Part shown: in pieces, positions 1 through 8,602 of the stretch
Layout: the number at the start of each line of letters is the position of its first letter
Numbering within the stretch: position 1 is the stretch's first letter
Assembly (NCBI GenBank): GCA_964428725.1
Contig: CAYRYW010000001.1
Span: 73,238-137,237, forward strand
Source: an uncultured Dehalococcoidales bacterium
GTDB taxonomy: Bacteria; Chloroflexota; Dehalococcoidia; E44-bin15
Direction of reading: 5' to 3'
DNA length: 64,000 bases
The notes under the pieces: model-generated
Seen by the model: the letters and a program-made list of their open reading frames with translations, nothing else
What the model was told of the DNA's origin: nothing
Database searches by the model: none
Translations under genes and position numbers: made by a program

Positions 1-872
1 AGGCAGGCGGTGAATATGTGGCTTCTCGATGCCAGCCAGAAGATGGGGCCCTCGCTGGAGAAGATGTCATAGCAGAAGACGCCGACGCCGATATTGAACA
101 TGTTGCTGCCCAGTATATCGGCAATGGCCATGTCCGGTGCCCCGATGCGCAGTGCGGTGGCGGCGACCACGAGCTCCGGCAGGGAGGTGGTGATCGCCAG
201 CAGCAGGCTGCCCACGAAGCTGGCATCCAGCCCGTATGTGGTGGAGATCTCGTCGCCGATGATGGCCAGCCATGTCCCCGCGGAGACGATAGCCACGGCG
301 GAGATGGCGAACATGACATAGGCCTTTTTCCTGCTGACCGATGCATATCTCTGGTGGATGGCTTCCGCTTCATATGGCGGTAGCCTCTCACGCTTAAATA
401 TGATCCTTGAGCCTATGATGTATACGATGACAAGGAGCAAACCATATAAGCCCAGGCGACCGATAGCCCCGTCCCACAGATTTGCGCTGACGAAGATAAT
501 GATGCCGGCAATCGATATCAGGGCAATGCCCAGGGCCGCCGATAATATGTGGCCAGTTCGAGCGTAGCCGATGGTGAGCAATGGCCCGTCCCGGCTCACT
601 GTGTCGAGGACAGCCAGGAGGAATAGATTCAGCGCATTGCTTCCAAAGATGGTCCCCAGCGCCAGGTCTGCACCCTCGTGTCCCCCGACAATTGATACGG
701 CGCTGATGCCGGTGATGATCTCCGGCAGGGAGGTGATGATTGCCAGGAGCAGCAGACCCGCCCATACACGGCCCAGCCCTGTCTTCTCGGCGATAACATC
801 TCCGTAGCGTGAGAGTAGAGAGCCAAAGAATAAGATGATCGCTGCGCAGAGGATAAAATAAAACCAGAGCAA
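1..872 (-). CDS. Sodium:calcium antiporter (CaCA/YrbG family), 3' end runs off the window
   Basis: Not in the ORF track because it has no stop in the window. Manual translation from TTG at 872 gives MLWFYFILCAAIILFFGSLLSRYGDVIAEKTGLG. Two alpha-repeats are present: TSLPE...DLALGTIFGSNALN and DMAIADILGSNMFN. Confidence 0.85.
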   Translation of the reverse strand, partial: MLWFYFILCAAIILFFGSLLSRYGDVIAEKTGLGRVWAGLLLLAIITSLPEIITGISAVSIVGGHEGADLALGTIFGSNALNLFLLAVLDTVSRDGPLLTIGYARTGHILSAALGIALISIAGIIIFVSANLWDGAIGRLGLYGLLLVIVYIIGSRIIFKRERLPPYEAEAIHQRYASVSRKKAYVMFAISAVAIVSAGTWLAIIGDEISTTYGLDASFVGSLLLAITTSLPELVVAATALRIGAPDMAIADILGSNMFNIGVGVFCYDIFSSEGPIFWLASRSHIFTAC

Positions 873-1075
873 TTCAGATCAACGCTTTCCCGGGGCATAA
901 GGCCAGTGCCATCTGAATAGCGATTATATCACAGCCATAGCGTTATTCAAACACAGGGCTTTCGTTATCGAGGTCGAAGGGGGTGTGGCGGGGTAAAATA
1001 AGGCGACAGGGATATCGATGCCTGGCAGCATCGGTCTTCTTGTCCCGCCGCCGTGCCGGGCGTATCATATAGGCG

Positions 1076-2194
1076 ATGTCAGGGATAAAGACTCCAGCCG
1101 CTGCTGCATGCCTCACCGATATGACCGGCACCCGGATGCAGGCGCTGGTATCCGGGCTGGGCGAGCCGGGCTACCGGGCGAAACAGCTCCAGCACTGGAT
1201 ATACCAGCGGCTCGCCGTCTCGTTCGATGAGATGACTGACCTGCCGAAGGCCTTTCGCAGCAGGCTGGCGCAGGGAGCGCAGCTGCACAGCCTGACGCCG
1301 GCGCACCAGGCAGTGGGGCGGGACGGCACGGTCAAGGCGCTGTTTGCCCTGAGCGACGGCAAAACTATCGAGTCCGCGCTCATGCCTCACCCCGCCGCTG
1401 GAGGGGGAACCCGCCATACCATCTGCCTCTCCACACAGGTGGGCTGCCCCATCGGCTGCCCCTTCTGCGCCACCGGCCAGCAGGGCTTCGAGCGCAACCT
1501 CACGCCGGGCGAGATCATCGACCAGGTGCTGTACTTCGCCCGCCGCCTCCGCGATCGCAGCGACGAAGCGGATATGGAGCCGCACGCTCCGGCAGGCCGC
1601 ATCGGCAACCTGGCCTTCATGGGCATGGGCGAGCCGCTGGCCAACTACGATGCCGTCCTGCAGGCAGTCGGGATGCTCAACTCGCCGCAGGGTTTCGGCC
1701 TGGGCGCGCGCAGCATGACCATCTCCACCGCCGGGCTCATCCCCGGGATAAAGCGCCTGGGCCGGGAAAAGCTGCAGCTCGGGCTGGCCGTCTCGCTCCA
1801 CGCCGGCGATGACGCCTTGAGGGACGAGCTGGTGCCTGTCAACAGGAGATACCCCTTGAGGCAGCTCATCGACGCCTGCCGCCAGTACTGCGAAACGTCG
1901 GGGCGCCGCATCAGCTTCGAGTATGCGCTTTTCGCGGGCATCAACGACTCGACAGGTCAGGCTCGCTCGCTGGCCGGGCTGCTGTCCGGGCTGAACTGCC
2001 ACGTCAATCTCATCCCGTCGAACCTGACCGGAAGCCAGCGCTTCCGGCCCCCCGACCACAGCACCATCCTCGCCTTCCAGCGAGAGCTCAAGCGCCAGGG
2101 CATCGCCTGCACGCTGCGCCAGAAAAAGGGGCTGGATATCGATGCAGGCTGCGGACAGATGCGCAGCCGGCTGGCGAAGGCGCTGCCGAAATAA
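1076..2194 (+). CDS. rlmN: 23S rRNA/tRNA m2A methyltransferase RlmN (radical SAM)
   Basis: CLSTQVGCPIGCPFC, FMGMGEPLANY and C-terminal IDAGCGQ motifs; start codon uncertain. Confidence 0.95.
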   Translation: MSGIKTPAAAACLTDMTGTRMQALVSGLGEPGYRAKQLQHWIYQRLAVSFDEMTDLPKAFRSRLAQGAQLHSLTPAHQAVGRDGTVKALFALSDGKTIESALMPHPAAGGGTRHTICLSTQVGCPIGCPFCATGQQGFERNLTPGEIIDQVLYFARRLRDRSDEADMEPHAPAGRIGNLAFMGMGEPLANYDAVLQAVGMLNSPQGFGLGARSMTISTAGLIPGIKRLGREKLQLGLAVSLHAGDDALRDELVPVNRRYPLRQLIDACRQYCETSGRRISFEYALFAGINDSTGQARSLAGLLSGLNCHVNLIPSNLTGSQRFRPPDHSTILAFQRELKRQGIACTLRQKKGLDIDAGCGQMRSRLAKALPK

Positions 2195-2287
2195 GCGGGA
2201 GGAACCACATCCACGGAAAGGACAGGTTCGTTTTAAGAAGGACATCGAGGCCAGGGCTCGAATGATTTCCGGATTCATCTCGATAGA

Positions 2288-3139
2288 ATGAAGGCGACAA
2301 CCGGCATCTTCTTCCATTATCAGGACGGTGACAGGCTGCGGGATTTCCCCGAAGCCCTAGAGGGCATCCTGTCGCGGGATAACGTGCTGTACTACGACGC
2401 GTTCTATCCGGGGAAACCCCCCTCATCGTTCGATATCGAGCCCGTCCCCCTCGATGAGGTCTGCGCCGTCCACAGCCACGACATGGTCGGTCGCATAAGT
2501 CGAAGCCCGGACTTCGAGGGGGCGCTGCTCTCGGCTTCAGGCACCGTGGCGGCAGCCACCAGCATATGGCGCGGAGAGATCGACAACGCCTTCGTGTTCA
2601 CCGGCTACGGCGACCACCACGCCGGCAGGGACTTCTTCGGCGGGGGCTGCTACCTCAACGGGGTGGCCATCGCCATACACCACCTGCGCCGGCGATTCGG
2701 CGCCAGAAGGTTCGCCATCATCGACACGGATGCCCACCACGGCGACGGGACGTGGGACATATTCCGTGACGACCCTGACGTCCTGTATATGTGTCTGTGT
2801 CACGGTGGCGATCTCGAGGAGAACAACAATGTGAACGTCAGCGTGCCGTGGCGGGTAAGCGACGCGCAATATATCGAGCTGATAAGAAAAAAGTTCGCTC
2901 CGCGTGTCGCCGAGTTTGAACCCGAAGCCATCTTCTGGAACTGGGGCTACGACGGCACGCAGGGCGAGTACGGCGACATGGGGCTGTCGCCGGCTTTGCA
3001 TGCCAGCCTCGCCCGCCAGATCAGGCGCACCGCCGAAAAAGTATGTCGCGGCAGGCTCATCGTCGTCCTATGCGGCGGCAGCCGTCGCGACCTGGCGCGG
3101 CTGATCATTCCGCAGGTCATACGGGCGCTTTCAGATTAA
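2288..3139 (+). CDS. Histone deacetylase/AcuC-family Zn-dependent amidohydrolase
   Basis: DHHAG, GCYLN, IIDTDAHHGDGT and GYD metal and catalytic motifs. Confidence 0.85.
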   Translation: MKATTGIFFHYQDGDRLRDFPEALEGILSRDNVLYYDAFYPGKPPSSFDIEPVPLDEVCAVHSHDMVGRISRSPDFEGALLSASGTVAAATSIWRGEIDNAFVFTGYGDHHAGRDFFGGGCYLNGVAIAIHHLRRRFGARRFAIIDTDAHHGDGTWDIFRDDPDVLYMCLCHGGDLEENNNVNVSVPWRVSDAQYIELIRKKFAPRVAEFEPEAIFWNWGYDGTQGEYGDMGLSPALHASLARQIRRTAEKVCRGRLIVVLCGGSRRDLARLIIPQVIRALSD

Positions 3140-3293
3140 TACAGAATTAGTCTGCTGCTCAAAAATATTGAAGCTGCTTAAAAATACGGGATATTCACTA
3201 TATACTCATGTAACCCCGCAATCGATCGTTAAATACCGAGCCCTGGTTTTAGAGATCTTCATATATTTAAGGTCTAACTATCCTGATGCGATA

Positions 3294-3347
3294 TTGACAC
3301 TTACCAGGGGAGGTGTTATCATACAAATGATAATGAGAATCATTCGC
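3294..3347 (+). promoter_or_regulatory. Sigma70-type promoter with overlapping Fur box
   Basis: TTGACA (3294-3299), 17 bp spacer, TGn-TATCAT (3317-3322). GATAATGAGAATCATTCGC (3329-3347) matches the Fur consensus GATAATGATAATCATTATC at 16 of 19 positions. Confidence 0.7.
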
Positions 3348-3770
3348 AATCAATATTCAACTCTGCAGGACCGTCCTGCTACGGCACAGCGCAGGTTAAT
3401 TCTTGATGTCCTGCGTGAATCTGGATGCCATCTTAGCGCTAAAGAGATTTATCTCAGGTCTGTTGAGAAAGATCCCCACATCAGCATGGCTACTGTGTAT
3501 CGTAATTTGCGTTTGTTTAAGGAATTGGGGCTGGTAGATGAACAGCGCCTGGACGAAGTGCAATGTTACTACGAGATTAAAAAGTCAACCGATCATTATC
3601 ATCTCGTCTGCAGGGGATGTGGCGATGTTATGGAGTTTGCCAGCCCGTCCATCTCTAAGTTACTGGAAGATGTGCAGCGTAACAGTGACTTCACCGTGAG
3701 TAAAGCCGTTCTGTATTTGGAAGGATATTGTAATAAGTGTAAAGGTGAATCCGAGCCGGGGCAAACCTGA
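3327..3770 (+). CDS. Fur-family transcriptional regulator
   Basis: TAQRRLILDVL, ISMATVYRNL, HYHLVCRGCG and terminal CNKC motifs. Start is probably ATG 3327 or 3333, not 3168. Confidence 0.9.
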   Translation: MIMRIIRNQYSTLQDRPATAQRRLILDVLRESGCHLSAKEIYLRSVEKDPHISMATVYRNLRLFKELGLVDEQRLDEVQCYYEIKKSTDHYHLVCRGCGDVMEFASPSISKLLEDVQRNSDFTVSKAVLYLEGYCNKCKGESEPGQT

Positions 3771-3965
3771 ACGTGGAGGATGTGGCAATAGGTCGAAGAG
3801 TGTTGCGCTTGGTTGTTAATAGATATAGGTGCGGCAGGATATTGGATTCCGCTCTCTCTGGCTTGGATGGATGGTGAGCATTGTTTTAAGCGCGGGTTGG
3901 TTATGACTGGCATTCAAGTTGATACTATGTGCAGGGATTGGATCGAGCTAAATTATGGTGGGGTA

Positions 3966-4190
3966 ATGGCTTCTAGGTATACAAGATACTCGCTGGTAAT
4001 GCCGACGTATAACGATGATGAACTTAATGAAGCATTGGATGATCTGATAGAAGTCCTGTGTATATTATTTGGTCCTGATGAGACATTTGAATCTACTGAC
4101 TATTATGAAGCGAGAGCGCGGCTGGGTTTATCCATCGATAAATCGCCAATACCAGACGTTTATCTAAAGGTGTTTGACCATGGGATATAA
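3966..4190 (+). CDS. Small acidic hypothetical protein
   Basis: ORF 3813..4190. ATG 3966 follows a G-rich stretch. No recognisable motif. Confidence 0.4.
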   Translation: MASRYTRYSLVMPTYNDDELNEALDDLIEVLCILFGPDETFESTDYYEARARLGLSIDKSPIPDVYLKVFDHGI

Positions 4191-4243
4191 ATATGGAGAT
4201 ATGCTGGGATGAGTCAATATAGCTTGTCTGATGGTAGGGTTAT

Positions 4244-4591
4244 ATGGAAGCAGAAACAGTGAAGCATAATTTTAACCAGACGGTACTGGAATCCGAATTG
4301 CCGGTGCTGGCTTTTTTCATGTCAGCTAAATGCAGCACGTGCTTTGCCCTCAGCCTGATAATCAATGAACTGGCTGAGGAGTACGATGGTAAGATTAAGT
4401 TCGTTAAGTTAAATGTAGAAGAGAATATCGAATCAGCAGAATTATATGGCATTAAAGCTCTACCGTCCGTGCTTCTATTCGATAAGTCAATACTGGTACA
4501 GAAATCACTGGGGTTCCATTACAAGAATGCGCTGAAGACTTGGCTGGAAGAATCTATAAAAAGTATTGGCGACCTAAGCGAATCTGATTAA
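4244..4591 (+). CDS. Thioredoxin-like protein with atypical CSTC site
   Basis: Thioredoxin-fold pattern (KFVKLNVEEN, YGIKALPS) with AKCSTC in place of WCGPC. Confidence 0.8.
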   Translation: MEAETVKHNFNQTVLESELPVLAFFMSAKCSTCFALSLIINELAEEYDGKIKFVKLNVEENIESAELYGIKALPSVLLFDKSILVQKSLGFHYKNALKTWLEESIKSIGDLSESD

Positions 4592-4605
4592 AGGAGAATG
4601 ATGCA

Positions 4606-4926
4606 ATGGTAGAGGAAGTTGCAGATCAGGATTTTGAGGAAAAAGTATTGAGGGCGGACATACCTGTTGTAGTGGATTTCTGGGCGCCATGGTGTGGTCC
4701 CTGTAAAAGGATTGCGCCCATAACGGAAAGGTTGGCGGAGGAGTTTAGGGGGAGAATCAAGTTCTGCAAGCTGAACGTGGATGAGAACTACGAGACGGCT
4801 ATGAAATACAATATTATGAGCATACCGCTGTTGCTGTTTTTCAACGCGGGGCAGAAAGTAGACGAAAGCCTGGGTGCTGTTCCGGAAGATGTGCTCCGTC
4901 CCAAGATCGAAGCCATAATATCATGA
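4606..4926 (+). CDS. trxA: Thioredoxin
   Basis: DFWAPWCGPC and IMSIP motifs. Confidence 0.95.
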   Translation: MVEEVADQDFEEKVLRADIPVVVDFWAPWCGPCKRIAPITERLAEEFRGRIKFCKLNVDENYETAMKYNIMSIPLLLFFNAGQKVDESLGAVPEDVLRPKIEAIIS

Positions 4927-4954
4927 CACTCTCGTATGTGAGAGGAGGATAAGC

Positions 4955-5251
4955 ATGTCAACATTTGAGGAGATCGACGAAGCTCGGAAGGTTCTGGGAT
5001 TGCTGGACTCCGCAAGCATGCGTGATATTAAGGGTGCTTACCGCAGGCTGTCTTTCCAGTATCACCCTGACCAGAGCGGGAGTGGACAGGGGGGAGATGA
5101 GATGATGAAAAAGGTGAACTGGGCTTACAAAGTGATCATGGACTACTGTGCCAAATACAGGTATGCCTTCCGGGAGGAAGATGTTGCCAGGGCATATCCG
5201 GAGGAATGGAACATGAAGCGATATATGGAAGGCTGGTTCCACGGTGTTTAG
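4955..5251 (+). CDS. Small J-domain protein
   Basis: IKGAYRRLSFQYHPD: intact HPD motif in a 98-aa protein. Confidence 0.85.
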   Translation: MSTFEEIDEARKVLGLLDSASMRDIKGAYRRLSFQYHPDQSGSGQGGDEMMKKVNWAYKVIMDYCAKYRYAFREEDVARAYPEEWNMKRYMEGWFHGV

Positions 5252-5265
5252 CTGAGGTTTATGCG

Positions 5266-5421
5266 ATGAGTTCTGATGAGATCAGGGAAATCGAGAGGAA
5301 GATTGAGGAATTGAATCGCCGAATGCCGCCTCACTCTATACCTCCGGCGCTGATCGATGAGCTCGATAGATTGCACGAGCAACTGCGTGAAGCAAAGTGG
5401 GCCGAAGGAGGGAGTGACTAG
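5266..5421 (+). CDS. Small helical hypothetical protein (51 aa)
   Basis: ATG 5266 after GAGG; heptad-like EIREIERKIEELNRR...LDRLHEQLRE. Confidence 0.55.
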   Translation: MSSDEIREIERKIEELNRRMPPHSIPPALIDELDRLHEQLREAKWAEGGSD

Positions 5422-5732
5422 CGTTTGCAACAACTGAGTGTTGTGAGGCGTGAGAGGGACGGTTCATATGCGGTGCTCCAGTATTTCTAAGTTCCAGATT
5501 GCAGGATTTTTATCTGTTGGCTACCGGATGTCAGGGAAATCAGTATTCAATCGTGGAGCTTAAGGGTTAATTGTTGCATTTATGGAGGGTTGTTCGAGCG
5601 ACTGTAGAGATGGTATTTCCTCCCCCGGAGCGGAGATGATCAGGTCGATTTGAATAAACCGGTTGCATGCACTTTATAATGGCCGGTCGCTTTTCGTAAC
5701 TTAGCATCGGCAGATATTAAAGGGGGATTGTT

Positions 5733-6725
5733 ATGGAAGAAAGGGACGTTTTTATCATCGGTGCTGGACCGGCAGGCCTGTCGGCGGCGATCTTCACACA
5801 GCTTGATGGATGGTCCACACTGGTTCTGGAAAGCGATTGGATAGGTGGACAGGCTGCCATCGCCTATACCGTGATTAACTATCCCGGCTTCCCTCCTGGA
5901 GATGGAGCTATCCTGATCGAGAATATGAGAAAACAGGTTACTTCTCTACCTCCAGCCGGTGTTGGAGCGGAGATCAGGCAAGAGAAGGTTCTGGGTATAG
6001 ATACTGGGGAGTTGGTTGTTCGCACAGATACCACTCGATACAAGGCGAAAGCAGTTATTCTGGCTACCGGCAGTAAAATGCAAAGGCTGGGAATACCCGG
6101 CGAAGACAAATTCTCAGGTAAGGGCGTTTCTTACTACGCCAGGCTCGATTCAGATAAGTTCGCTGATAATAAGGTCCTCATAGTGGGCGGTGGTAATACC
6201 ACTGCCAAGAGTGCGCTGCTGGTAAAGAGTAAAGCCAGTAGCGTTACCCTGATCCACCGCAGAGAATCGCTGAGGGCATATCCTGCTATGGTAAAGAAGT
6301 TAAAAGATCAAGGTATCAAAATACTGTATGACACTGAGGTCAAGGAGTTGAAAGGCGATAACAAGCTTGAAACAGCTATCATATTTAACAATAGAACAGG
6401 TGAAGTGAGCCAGCTTAAGGCCGATTATCTCGTCGTGTGTGTGGGAACTGAGCCGGATTTGCAGCTGGCCAGCGATGCAGGCCTGGAGGTTGAGGGAGGT
6501 TTTGTGAAAGTAGATGCAAGGATGAAGACCAGCAAGAGGGGTGTTTTTGCCTGCGGAGAGATTACCGGTTGCGACAGGCACATCATATCGTCTGCGGCGC
6601 AGGGAGCGATGACGGGCATGGCTGCCAGCGAGTACTTGGCGCTGGAGATGGTTAAGCGGGGAGAGATCTTTGAAGGGGCAAAGAATGGGAAATATGCCGA
6701 TGAATATCTGGCAATGCTAAAATAG
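5733..6725 (+). CDS. Thioredoxin-reductase-fold FAD/NAD(P) oxidoreductase lacking the CxxC (FNR-like)
   Basis: IIGAGPAGLSAA, IVGGGN and HRRESLRA motifs; GVSYYARLD in place of GVSYCATCD. Confidence 0.85.
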   Translation: MEERDVFIIGAGPAGLSAAIFTQLDGWSTLVLESDWIGGQAAIAYTVINYPGFPPGDGAILIENMRKQVTSLPPAGVGAEIRQEKVLGIDTGELVVRTDTTRYKAKAVILATGSKMQRLGIPGEDKFSGKGVSYYARLDSDKFADNKVLIVGGGNTTAKSALLVKSKASSVTLIHRRESLRAYPAMVKKLKDQGIKILYDTEVKELKGDNKLETAIIFNNRTGEVSQLKADYLVVCVGTEPDLQLASDAGLEVEGGFVKVDARMKTSKRGVFACGEITGCDRHIISSAAQGAMTGMAASEYLALEMVKRGEIFEGAKNGKYADEYLAMLK

Positions 6726-6836
6726 CCCCCGTTTTCCCTGAATTAACAGATACGGTATCCGGGAGGATTTGCGGACCTTAATCTGATAAGTATTCTGGTA
6801 TATGAAATTAATATAGACTACTTTAGGAGGTAGGAA

Positions 6837-7103
6837 ATGGCATATAAGATAACGGAGGATTGTATCGCATGTGGCGCATGCGAATTGGAGTGCGTCAACG
6901 AAGCAATCACGGAGGGAGAAGTAATATACGTGATAGATCCCGATAAATGCACGGAGTGCGTGGGCAACTTCAGCTCGCCTAAGTGTGTTGAGATGTGTCC
7001 GGCAGGTGCTTGCGTTCCCGACCCAGAGCATGAGGAAACTCGCGAGGAGCTTCTGGATAAATGGCGCAAGCTGCATCCAAATAAGATTCCCAGCGCTACC
7101 TAA
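6837..7103 (+). CDS. 2x[4Fe-4S] ferredoxin (YfhL-like)
   Basis: CIACGACELEC and CTECVGNFSSPKCVEMCP. Confidence 0.9.
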   Translation: MAYKITEDCIACGACELECVNEAITEGEVIYVIDPDKCTECVGNFSSPKCVEMCPAGACVPDPEHEETREELLDKWRKLHPNKIPSAT

Positions 7104-7186
7104 TTTGGGGGAAAGGGGATAGTTTAGAGGAAAAATTTATACTGAAAGGGTATTCCGCCTAGAGCTGTATCCGGGGAGGTGAGTTC

Positions 7187-7822
7187 ATGAGCCATCCTTC
7201 TTCCTTCGCCGATTGGTCTATAGTGGCATGCGGTACGCTGAGCTTGGAGCTGAATTATCTTAGAGATGAAGGCTTTCTGGATGCTAAGAAGATTCTGTAT
7301 ACTAAACCAGGCAGGCACGAAGTTCCGAGAGAGCTTGAAGAACAATTGATAAGGCAAATCGGTAATGCAAAGAGGTATTCTGATAAGATAATCGTGGTCT
7401 ATGGAGGGAAGTTCTGCTATATCAATGCCGACGATCCATACAGAACTATCGATAAAATCATCGAAGAGCAGGGACCCGGGGTGACTCGCATAAGAGCCTC
7501 ACATTGTATCGATATGCTTGCTGGTGAGGAGGAGCGGGATCGGATGAGCAATGGGGAGGATGTTTACTGGCTCACGCCGGGATGGTTCAAATACAGAAAG
7601 CATGTGTTTCAGGATTGGGACAAGGGAATGGCGAATGAAAACTTTCCCAAACACAGCGGCGGAGCGATGATCCTAGATGCGGTGGGTTTCTGGGATGAAT
7701 ATATTGAGAAGGCACCCGAAGAGATCCTGGAATTCTCAGACTGGATGGGCATTCCTATTGAATCAAAGACAATATCTCTGGATAGATTAAAGGGTTTGCT
7801 ACGGGAAACGATCGGGCATTAG
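7187..7822 (+). CDS. DUF1638-like protein (family often near corrinoid methyltransferase genes)
   Basis: IVACGTL, IIVVYGGKFC, HCIDML and YWLTPGW pattern; family assigned from recall. Confidence 0.65.
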   Translation: MSHPSSFADWSIVACGTLSLELNYLRDEGFLDAKKILYTKPGRHEVPRELEEQLIRQIGNAKRYSDKIIVVYGGKFCYINADDPYRTIDKIIEEQGPGVTRIRASHCIDMLAGEEERDRMSNGEDVYWLTPGWFKYRKHVFQDWDKGMANENFPKHSGGAMILDAVGFWDEYIEKAPEEILEFSDWMGIPIESKTISLDRLKGLLRETIGH

Positions 7823-7931
7823 ATTAGGGCTTGAATGTCAAGGAAGTGGATGGTCGCAGGATCGTGTGCAGCTTGAGGATCTATATCCTGGCAGATGCCG
7901 GTATGGCCTCTGAAGATCGCTGGGGGCAACT

Positions 7932-8594
7932 ATGATTACCTCAGACACAGTGTTCGATGCGTTAGCCCGCGAATATGACTCGTGGTTCGATGAAGAGGGG
8001 AGGCTCATATTCAAAATAGAGGTCAGGGCCTTTCGGGACACGCTGCCCCTGCTGCCCAAACCGTGGCTCGAGGTAGGGGTAGGCAGCGGCCGCTTTGCCC
8101 GGTCTCTGGGAATAGATACCGGGATTGATCCCTCAGGCAATCTTTTAAAGATAGCCAGGCGTCGAGGCATAAACGTATTCCACGCCAGTGGGGAAGAATC
8201 GTCATTCGAGAAGAACACCTTTGGCACGGTGTTCCTGATCGTAACGCTTTGCTTTGTCGAGTCTCCGGCGGATGTTCTGAGAGAGTCATATCGCATATTG
8301 AGAGGAGATGGTAAATTAGTCGCCGGCCTGGTGCTCAGGGAAAGCCCCTGGGGGCAGTATTACCAGGGCAAGAAGCGGCAAGGCCATCGCTTTTACCGGT
8401 ACGCCAACTTCTACAGTTTCGACGAGATCAAGGGTTTGCTGGAGAACGCGGGCTTCGTTGTCGAGGATATTATTTCTACGCTGTTCCAGAAGCCGGGTGA
8501 AGTTAAACGGATGGAAAAACCTCTGAGAAATCTGTATGCAGATGCAGGTTTCGTTATAATCGTGGCTGGCAAGGGGAATGATAGACGTAGGTAG
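7932..8594 (+). CDS. Class I SAM-dependent methyltransferase
   Basis: LEVGVGSGRF motif I, GIDPS, and VTLCFV. Confidence 0.9.
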   Translation: MITSDTVFDALAREYDSWFDEEGRLIFKIEVRAFRDTLPLLPKPWLEVGVGSGRFARSLGIDTGIDPSGNLLKIARRRGINVFHASGEESSFEKNTFGTVFLIVTLCFVESPADVLRESYRILRGDGKLVAGLVLRESPWGQYYQGKKRQGHRFYRYANFYSFDEIKGLLENAGFVVEDIISTLFQKPGEVKRMEKPLRNLYADAGFVIIVAGKGNDRRR

Positions 8595-8602
8595 AGAGGT
8601 GA

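Noticed and set aside
1079-2317. Long antisense and alternate-frame ORFs throughout the window (e.g. 412 aa opposite rlmN, 375 aa opposite pilC, 329 aa opposite tig)
   Set aside because: These are shadow ORFs expected in GC-rich coding DNA. Each overlaps a motif-supported gene and has no motif of its own.
3168-3326. N-terminal extension of the Fur ORF, and likewise ORF 29727 extending across tRNA-Ser
   Set aside because: The extensions run through a clear promoter or a tRNA gene; downstream ATGs fit the protein families better.
5422-5490. In-frame stretch after the TAG of the 51-aa ORF (RLQQLSVVRRERDGSY) resembling an ArsR wing
   Set aside because: Only 22 codons, with no start or recognition helix; too weak to call a pseudogene or read-through.
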